A DNA stretch of 64,000 nucleotides from Paraspadella gotoi. Its lineage: Eukaryota > Animalia > Chaetognatha. The stretch is taken from NCBI GenBank assembly GCA_051294375.1, contig CM119265.1:14481541-14545540 (forward strand), in the 5' to 3' direction. A program made the translations under genes and the position numbers. Shown here in pieces: positions 54,797 to 64,000 of this stretch. The notes below the pieces were generated by a model, which was not told where the DNA came from, ran no database searches, and saw only the letters and a list, made by a program, of their open reading frames with translations. Within the stretch, counting starts at the first letter, position 1. Each line of letters starts with the position of its first letter.

Positions 54797-56531
54797 GTCA
54801 TCAAAGGCTCTGAGGGCCGTAATGGGGTAGAGAAAAACTGGCAAGGCATAATTAAATTGTGAAAGTGCGAAAGAAAGAAAATCAGCCTCATGCTACTCTC
54901 TACGTATAATGAGACAATAAAAAAACACAAATCGTAAGTTTTAGTTTGGTCTTGTTTTGTTGTTAAATATTATAAATTAATAGTTAAATGCAAAGTGAAT
55001 TTGGTTTTTTTTTTGAGACACACGAAGCTACATGCAGGAACAGTAGTTTGTTACTCGTTTTTAGAAGTTGTTCAACGAATATTACTTGATGAGGCATTTT
55101 ATAATTAATGTTTAATATCTAATGAATGGAAAAAGCTGATTTTTGGAAGAAAAGATAGAATCGAGGGTGGGAAAGACAGGGAGGTGCGTTGAGTTGAGGG
55201 GAGAGGGTGGGCGCGAAGGACGCGAAATAAACGGCGAGGATCCCCGCCGAGTCCGCCTTATCTCCGACAGCCCAGTCTATAACTTACCAACTAACGCTGC
55301 GCAAGGCCTCTAAATCGTGTGCNNNNNNNNNNGCATCAAACATTCAACCGGAACGAACGTAATAAAACCCTTTGCTTCCCTCATCGTTTAGAAACCTCGC
55401 GTTTTCTCTCCCACTTTCTTCCGACAACATTGTACTTATCTCTCTGTTCGAGCCAGTCCTCCTCTCCCTTCACTTTCCCATCACGTCTCAAAGCTCTCCA
55501 GCTCTCGTCCTGACCCCCTCCAGCATTCTTCGCCCAACTCCCACTTTCCCGCCATATACATCTCCCCCCCCATTCGCGTTATCTCTTTCCTTTTTGCGCA
55601 TCTCGCGATGTTAATGGGACCCCGTAACCATAATTTGCGTATCTGATATGAATTGAGGGTCTATTAAGCCTTCGCCTCGCGGGCTTGGAGGGTCTATTAA
55701 GGATCGGGAGTCGGCGGCGACATCGCAGAAAAGGTCGCCTTTTATGGTCGGGGGAAACTTTTAGGGATCTTTTTTTTTTCGCTTTCATAAAATTTATTAT
55801 CAAATTATCCTTTTATTTAATAAAAGAGAAGAGAGGATAGACAATTGTTATATCAGGCAATTAATATTTTTGTTGTTAGTATTTGCTTGTAAGATTGAAG
55901 TGTTTTTTGTAAATTTAGAAAACCTGATCTAGGAGACAAGGGGATTCAATATTTTTGCGTCATATATATTTAGAGGAAACAAAGTTTGTTTGTTTGATAA
56001 CAACGATTTTTATTGTTATCAAACAAACAAACTTTGTTTTCTCTAACTATTTATACACAACGAAAAGAAAGGAAATAATATAATATAATGTGATATATAT
56101 TATATAAGAACAGAAACGAAATAAACAGGTTTAATATAAACAAGGATTAATTTGAAGCCTGCGTTAGAGATTGGCAAAGATTTGATTTTTTGCAACTAAT
56201 TTTATTTTGTCATAAAAACGGATACAAGCTTTCTTGGATTAACCAAAATTCCATAAAACGCTAAATGAAAACAAAGAAACTAGGAATTACGCAGTTTCTC
56301 ACAAAAATGAAGAAAGATATCTCTTGCCAATTATCACTCTTATCACTATCACTGAACGATGTCAAAAAACCTCAAATCATCAACGACCCTCATCCCCGTC
56401 ATCGCCGACTCTTCTCGCACGTGCGATCCATCTTGAGTCGCACGCTCCCGCCATCTCGCGCCACGCGATCGCGCCCTTCTTTCGTCACTCCACTCGCGGT
56501 TGGCCGCGATTTTCGGCGTCGTTGGCATCGT

Positions 56532-56612
<81 letters not shown>

Positions 56613-58123
56613 CGCCGCGCTTCTCCATCGCGCCTTCCATCTGTTCCGCCTCTCCTCCCTTCCCATTCTGCCTCCACCGAAGGCGACGTCTCATCCCTCG
56701 CTTCTACCACGCCCCTTTTGCCACGCGGGCGGTCGCCGCCGCCACGCCCACAATCCCGAGCGCGGTCGCCGGCGCCACGCGCCTTTCGTCTACGAGTCGG
56801 ACGCATCCTTTTCACTCTGAGCACGCGCGCGGGCGCCGGTCTCTTCTCGCAATTCCGCGAATCGCCCATAGAGGGATTCGTCGACTTGAGGTTAAAGATT
56901 AGGAGGGTAAGATGAAGGTAAGCAGTGTTAATAAGGATTGAAAAGTTGCATATTGAAATTTATGGGGTGAAACTGTTAAAAATAAGTAGAAGTAGAAGTA
57001 ATAATGAAATATCGCGCAGTCACAAATTTAAGACATCCAAATTCTTTGAAATATACAACTTAATTGTCAGGAAAGCCAGGTACTTTGGGAGTGAATAGAT
57101 TGGACCGTGACAGAGTCTTGATTGAAAGGTTGTAGGGTCCTGCTATAATTATTTTGTTAGAGGGATGGAAGCCTGTCCGAAGTCGGGGGCAAGAAAGCTT
57201 ATTTATTTAATAAATTGTTAATTTTATATTGGTTGCACCAATTTCATCATTTCGTCGCCGCCAGGAGGCTACAAAGATGATCTTCAAAAATTCAAATATC
57301 CTAATCATGAAGCGTTTATCAGTAATGTTTGTTTAGCAATTCACTCAAAACTTAACATTCCAGCAAACAAACAATTGGAAATATGACTGCGTTACCAACG
57401 TCTTTTGTTTGACTTCGTTTGTGTTTACGAATTACGAGTCCCCGAAGTCGCGTCTCTCGGAAACGGTCTCCCTCTTCGCTTCATTGACGCCGGGACGTCG
57501 AAGACGACGCCGGTTCTGGCCGGCGTCGTTTTCGTCGACGCAGCGCCACTAACGGCCAAAACACGGCGCCGACTCGATGGCGTCACGAGAGCGAGACGCG
57601 CGGAGTCTCTTCCGGTGGATGAACCGATAAAACGAGGACGTCGAATGGAGATTTCTAATTTTATGAGTCACTGAGTTTATCCACTGAATATATATGATTA
57701 TGAGTAGTTTACTCAGATTTAGTGTTAGATACTTTTTTTCCAAATGAAAACTACTACGCAGGACCAAATATTTTGTCATATTCTTATGCAATCTTCAGTT
57801 AAAAATACAGCGACAAAGAAAGATAAAAAAATGAAATAAAAAAACAAAACTTTATCCAATTATCCTTACCCGATTGCGTATTAGTACTTAGATAAATTTC
57901 TATTTCCAATTCTCTTCAAAATATTCATTCTCCCATGTTGTTGTTTATGAGTAGCGTTAAATTTTTGTCTTCTTTATTGTTTTTTTTTCTAATCTGATCT
58001 CCAAAGTCGGTGGGTTTGAAGTCGTCGACGACGACGACGACGACGAATGACGAATGCGCTTTGGTCCGAACGTCGATGGAACCGAAGAAGTGGAAACGAA
58101 GATAAGAATCGCGGTTCCGAAAC

Positions 58124-58175
<52 letters not shown>

Positions 58176-61100
58176 CCGTTTTCCTTTATTTCTGTCCGAG
58201 AATGAGAGAGTAACACAGAATTAACGTGGTCATTTGATATGGCCGCAGAAATGAGTGAGGGAGCTGGATTAAGGTTAGATCGGGAATCGTTGGAAAGTGA
58301 GCAGGTGGGAGGTGGGATGGGGAGATAGAAAAAAAGAGGGGGAGGGGCGAGATGAGGGAGAGTGGGAGGACGACTAACGAGAACACGAGGCCTTCATTAG
58401 CGAATGAATCGTCATAACGGAATCAGGAGATAAAATCGACTCGCGTTGACTTTTAACGACTGACGACGTCACAAATGTTTTGGGGGAAAACAAAAATCCA
58501 AATCCGCGGCGGGCGTGCAGGGGGGCGGGGGTGGGGGTGAGATTGGGGTGAAAAGGGGGTTCGAGGGAGCAGAAGAGTGAAGGGCGAAGAATGAAAGAGA
58601 GATGGATGAGAAGTGAGATGAATTTTTAGCGCAGAATTATGTTAGAGAGTTTGCAATATTCGGTAGTCTAAATCCGTTGTTTAATTTGATTTTGTCGAAA
58701 TAAACAAAAAAATATCCTTGTTCTAAGACTTATTACAAGACACTTAATCGTGTTCCCTATCTTTCTATTATTTTTATCATTGCTTCTTGGGTTTATTTGT
58801 TGTAAAAAAAGTTTCCGGATTACGACGACTATCCCTAATAAAACAATTCATGGCGCCCTTTTCAATCTCATTTCTCTTTCTCGCTTCATCTTGCTTAACT
58901 CTATGAACCCAACAAAATCATTTCGTTTCTTTTTAATCTACTCGCCGCTCCATTCTTCGCTCCACCTCTCTTTTTTTCCCCTTCGCTCCAGTCCGTTCAA
59001 CGCTGCTCCTTCGAAATCACGATTTCCATTCAGACCGCGAATCGACGAATTTGCGATTCTGTCAAAAATTCGAGGAAAAATGAGAAGCGACGTCGAATCT
59101 CCCTTTCTTTTTTTTTCTTTCCTCCTTTTTTTCCTCTCCCTCTCTCCTCTTCCTCCTCGCCACTTCCGCCCTCTGACGTCAATTGCTCATCTTTCTTCCT
59201 TCGCCTCCGAAATTTGGCGCGAAATTTATCCCCAAAGACCGGAAACCGGTTAACGGGGCCGGGGAGAGACGGGAATTTCCGGCCGGCTCCGCGCGCCGTC
59301 TCCCTGCCCGCCCTTTGCCTCTTCCTTCTCCGCGCTCTGCCGAACTTTTCGAGTTGCTCTCCCGCTTTCGCCCTTTTCCGAGTGAGTTCCATGCCAAATT
59401 CGAGCCCGTTTCTTTGCGAGTTCCATGCCCATTTCCGCCATTACTATAAAAGTTCCATGTTTGTTTTTGAAGTTTCTTTGTCGGCAACATATATAGCCAA
59501 TAATAATCCATTTTCGTTTTTTCTTTGTGTATTAAATTTTCGGAGTTTTTTGTAAATAATTAAAATTATACCAATTTGAAATTAAATTCTCAATTCTTTC
59601 TTTAATAATTTCTTCCTTAAAACGCTCGAATTTCAGTCATCGCTTTCTTTTTGTCGAATTTTGTGAGATTTTTTATTTTAAATTTAGTTACAGAGAATAT
59701 TCCATTCATTTGTTGTCTGTCGTTCGTTTATTTCTATATTATTTCCTCTTTTTTTTGTTTTTTTCATCATCACGATCGTCGTTCTCGTCGTCTGTCGTTA
59801 TCGTTCGTCGTATACGTCACTCTTTCCTCTTCCCATATTCCAAACCTCGCAGGCTTTGCTGCGTGTATATGTGTACGATGGAATAAGTCATTCGGTCTCG
59901 GTATGCATGCGGTGCCATTAACGCCATCGCCAAGCCACGCGCCTTTTGCTGCAACAATTCATTGCCAAGTGCATGACGTTCCAATTTCCGAGATCGTTCT
60001 CTTTCTTCTTCTTCTCTTCTCTCTCTCTCCTCTCTCTCTCTCCTTATTTTTTTTTCTTCTTCGTCTCTCTATTTTCTCCTCTTCTCCTCTCTCTTCTTTC
60101 TTTCTCTTCTTTCTCTTCTCTCTTCTTCATGTCTCGTCTCTCTCTCTCTCTTTCTATCTCTCTTATTCAAATTCTCTATTCTTCTTTCTTTTCTTCTCTA
60201 CTCGGTTCCTTTTGTATCTCTGTCCCTCTCTGTTTCTCTCTCTTTCCTCTCTTTCTCTCTTCTTCTCTCTCTCTCTCTCTCTCTGTTTATTCTCTCTCTC
60301 TATCTATCTCTCTCTCTCATCTGTGGATCTGCTAAGCTAATCCCTCGTGAAGTTTCTGGTCTTTCAGATTTTTTTGTTCTGGCGAAATTTTTTTACTTTT
60401 CAGGCAACAGAGGTACGAGAATTAAATCAACAAACCAAATGAGATCGAAACGTGAAAATCTGTCCGAATGGGCAATCGACGCAGGTACATCGACGACGAC
60501 TACACTACACCGGCGACGACGACGAACAGACAATTCAACGGCGACGACGACGCGGCGAAGCAACGACGACGAACAACAACCTTTGTTTCAAGGAAGCGGC
60601 CAATGTTCTCCATTCGTGACGCCCAGTCTCTTCTCATCACGCTACTAACTACCCTTAATCCTGGACTCGTGGCTTGCGGTCTCTATACCGGACTTAATAG
60701 TTTCTGGCAACGTTATGGTAGTAGACAATTTGGCCATTCATCCAATGTGCCTAGTCAGTCATGAGGTTTGTTCTGAGCAATTGGCATGGGATTGGCATGC
60801 CGCATCTAGGTCACAATGATCTCTTTATTTACCGTGTACACGATTTGACTGTGTGCGGGTTGTGGCGCCGCTGTTAAAACTCCCCTCTTCAAACATCTCT
60901 CTTTTTCGCCGATTCAACTAAAACAACGATTGCTATTCTTTTACTTCTCTCTTGTGACTGGACCAGAGACCACAGATGCTACCGAAGCAGAAACTCAAGT
61001 CTGCAACGCAAGCTTTCAACTTTAAAACTTATTCTCGAAATGAAGGTTCAATTGCTAGTATTCTTTCTACAGCAAAATAATTGCATTAATTCTTTATTCG

Positions 61101-62449
61101 TTCCACTGGCCAGATTTAATTCCGGAAACCGAATTCGTGACGTCACAGCCAGCAATAGTCCAATCGACACCGCGCGCGCAAACTCAAGTTTAAGCCAAGG
61201 AAGGTCTTTACATCACCCACAATTGACACACTTACCCTCATACTTTTCCCACCATTCGTCTTACTTCTCTTCGTTCGAAACCGGATTCTATTCTGAATCC
61301 CAGATCCTCACCTTCCCGCCTCCCTTTTCCTCACTTCGCCTCCCTCTTCCCCCCTTTAACTCCACCACCGCCCCCACGCACCCCACAGCACGCGCATCTC
61401 GTCACGGGACCGCAATTCGATTCTAAGGAGACAAGTGGACGGAAGCGAAGATCCACTGGACCAGAAAACGCGGGGCGCGGCGGCAGGAGGAGGGAGAGAG
61501 GAGGAAGAGGAGATGAAGAGTAATAAGGGGGCAGGATGGAAAAAAAGGGGGAGGATGCGAGAAAAAGCGGATGGCGGATGGCTTTTATTGTAGTGGATCG
61601 AGAGGACAAAGGGCAAGCAATGAAACAGAGGAAAGAGGGGGGAATAGAGGAGTTGAAGGAAAGAGAGGAGGTAGGGAGAAAAGAGAAGGAGAAAGGGGAA
61701 AGGATAGGCAGAAAGGGAGAGGGAGGAGGAAGGAGAGAGGAGAAGGGAAGAGGAGAAGGGAGAGGAAAGAGAGGAGGGAAAGAAGGAGAAAGGGAAAAGA
61801 TAGGCCAGAAAGGCGAGAGGGGTTGAGAAGGAATATTATTTGTTGAGATTAGTTTTTAGCCGCCGACTTCAAAGTTTAGAAGAACTCGACGAAAATATTA
61901 AAATAGAAAACAGAAAAGGAGATAAAAAAGAAGGATAGAGTTAATTCGGAACGCAGCGACGGACGACGACGACGAAGACGAGACAAGGGGAACCAAAAGA
62001 GAAAAAAAAAAGGTTTCTGAGATTCAAGCTAAGAATAGTCGAGTGAGAGAAGAAAGAATTATGAGTGAGAGGTAGAAAAAAGAACAGACAGAAAGAACGA
62101 TGAGAGGATAGAAATAGCGACAGGTAGGCGAAGATCAGGGATCGGAAGGAACGAGAAAAAATGAGTAAAAATGACTCTTTTTTTTTTAACATTAAATTTT
62201 ATTTATTATGTTGACTCCTCAATTAAAATACATATATTACAATTTTGACTCTCATCCACGCTTACCTTTCCCTTTCTTACCCTCTCCTCCTCCCTTCCTC
62301 CTCCCCAAATTGGTGCGATTATTGATAACCAATAAATAACAGATATGTACCATGAAAAAGACGAGCGTCCTTGTTATTCACCTCCGCATCGCTTTTCCCT
62401 GTCAGTCCACTTCCCGATATTGGCTTTCGGATCAGAAGAGGGGAGAGAG

Positions 62450-62481
<32 letters not shown>

Positions 62482-62500
62482 CAGAGAGACGAAGAGAGAG

Positions 62501-62532
<32 letters not shown>

Positions 62533-62608
62533 TATTCCCTCGATGATGAATCCTCTGGTTGTTCTGAATAGATTGGCAGTTGATGCGCAGTGAGGATAAA
62601 TGAAAGAG

Positions 62609-62677
<69 letters not shown>

Positions 62678-62845
62678 ATCAAGAGAGATAAAGAAAAAAA
62701 AAGCGATGGGATGGAGAGTCAAGATAAAGCAGCGGGAAGACTTCTTTATTTGGCGCCACCCGACTCTGCTCTCTGCCTCTTTTTTCACTATCACCCGATC
62801 GTTGTGCGCGCCCCACCTCATCGCAAAACTCTCTTAGTACAGATT

Positions 62846-62895
<50 letters not shown>

Positions 62896-63000
62896 ATTCT
62901 CATCTCTTCTCACTGCTCCTCGGTCTCTCTCTCGCATCTCCAATGGGATTCGAATCGTTTTCACAATCCTTCTCATTTTTCGAGTCTTTGATGCTTCAGC
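50485..63000. repeat. Microsatellite-rich region: many (GA)n/(CT)n, (CTTT)n and (ACG)n tracts
   Basis: Examples: (CTTT)n ~50485-50650 and ~52370-52470; (GA)n/(CT)n at 51235-51290, 51577-51636, 54715-54795, 56536-56610, 58128-58170, 59995-60320 and 62440-62890. Confidence 0.95.
55970..56072. repeat. Short palindromic derivative of the 4283 PLE-like family
   Basis: Inverted arms around aacaacgatttttatt plus the tail tacacaacgaaaagaaagga, both shared with 4283-4487. Confidence 0.55.
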
Positions 63001-64000
63001 TTCCAACGTCTTTTGTTCGCTTGTTTTCTTCTCTTAACGTTTTTTTCCCCGGCAGAGTTCGCTAGAAGCTTTCCCTCGCGACGCCGAGGCAAAAGGGTTT
63101 TTATCAAACGAATGAATGAACAAACTTTTTTTCATTTCCTTTCTTCTTTATTTGATGAATAGAATGAAAGACAGTTTAATTGTTCATCTGTATGTATCTA
63201 AATTATCATTACGTATGTATTATATACTGTATAAATCGTCTTGGTCATTTTCGGCGATATTATTACGCTCAACGATTTCGTGCCAAAATGTAGTTTGTAA
63301 TTTTGCAAACCCTTGAATAGGGAATCAAAGGTGAAATCCTAAATTATATAAATGAAAATTTTGTTATTTCTAACTGAAAGACGATTTTCTTTTAGAATAT
63401 TTAATATATTATTTATTTTCTTGTCTTTCCTCAAAATTCGCTTCGTGATGAAATTTTGAAAGTAGAACTGAAATGTTTATTGTTTAACAAATTTAACTTT
63501 CATCTCCGAAGAAGGAAAAGTGCCAATGATACCTTCATTACAACGTATAAATCTACAAACATACGAAAACAAGCAATTTTAAATGCATTAAGCGTAAATC
63601 TAAGTAAATTACATTTAATTTTAAGTTATACGTCGTTTTATATAAAGATAAAATTTTTAAACAAACACGACTTTCTTTCAAGTCGCGTTTCTCGCCTAAA
63701 AATTCAGAGAAAAACATCTTTTTCGAGAGAAGAAAAAAAAAAGAACTATTTTTTTTTCGGGGAAAAAATGGATGTTGGAGTCGAATGAATTCCTTCTCAT
63801 TTTGTTTATCTAATGAAGTATGGAAGCTCGAAGAAAGTCTTAGACGATTTCTAAAGGCCGCTCGTAACGGCGGGCGAGCGGCAGCCGGCGCCGCCGCCGC
63901 CGCCGCCGCCGGTGGAACCGAAGGCTCAAGTTTGAAGACTCGAAAACCAACTTGATGATGGTCGTCATTGCTAACGACGACGACGACGACGACGACGACG

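Noticed and set aside
54173-55316. ~88-bp terminal inverted repeats suggesting a transposon
   Set aside because: Both ends abut N gaps, no TSD is visible and the interior is microsatellite, so it is probably a scaffolding artefact.
50445-63037. Many long ORFs (RERERE, SLSLSL, KERK)
   Set aside because: These are stop-free translations of microsatellites on both strands, with no domain or splice support.

Overview
AT-rich, intron-dense animal (invertebrate-like) genomic DNA with two compartments. The first ~47 kb is gene-dense with much nesting. It holds an intronless CYB5RL-like gene (-), UBL4A (-) with a TMEM272-like gene (+) inside its first intron, and a 21-exon cytosolic aconitase/IRP1 gene (ACO1, +, 13256-42456, 895 aa by my exon assembly). 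Three antisense genes lie in ACO1 introns: a Pro-rich/ankyrin gene, an MBOAT1/2-like acyltransferase and a MATH-BTB (SPOP-like) gene. A two-exon SNAP-25-like gene (-) and a CFAP68/C11orf1-like gene (+) follow. The most striking feature is the MBOAT gene: a loop of about 10 aa in canonical MBOAT1/2 is expanded to about 440 strongly acidic residues, built from phase-0 microexons plus a duplicated ~110-aa helical domain, while the catalytic motifs stay intact. An ~8 kb error-rich inverted copy (27756-35656) of 19616-27730 is probably an assembly artefact. Repeats include Helentron/DINE-1-like elements, two tRNA-type SINE families, MITEs (one with telomere-like arrays) and Penelope-like palindromes with minimal hammerhead motifs. 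The last ~17 kb is gene-poor, with GA/CT microsatellites and GC/CpG-rich patches. All calls come from reading the sequence and recalling family motifs; no searches were run.
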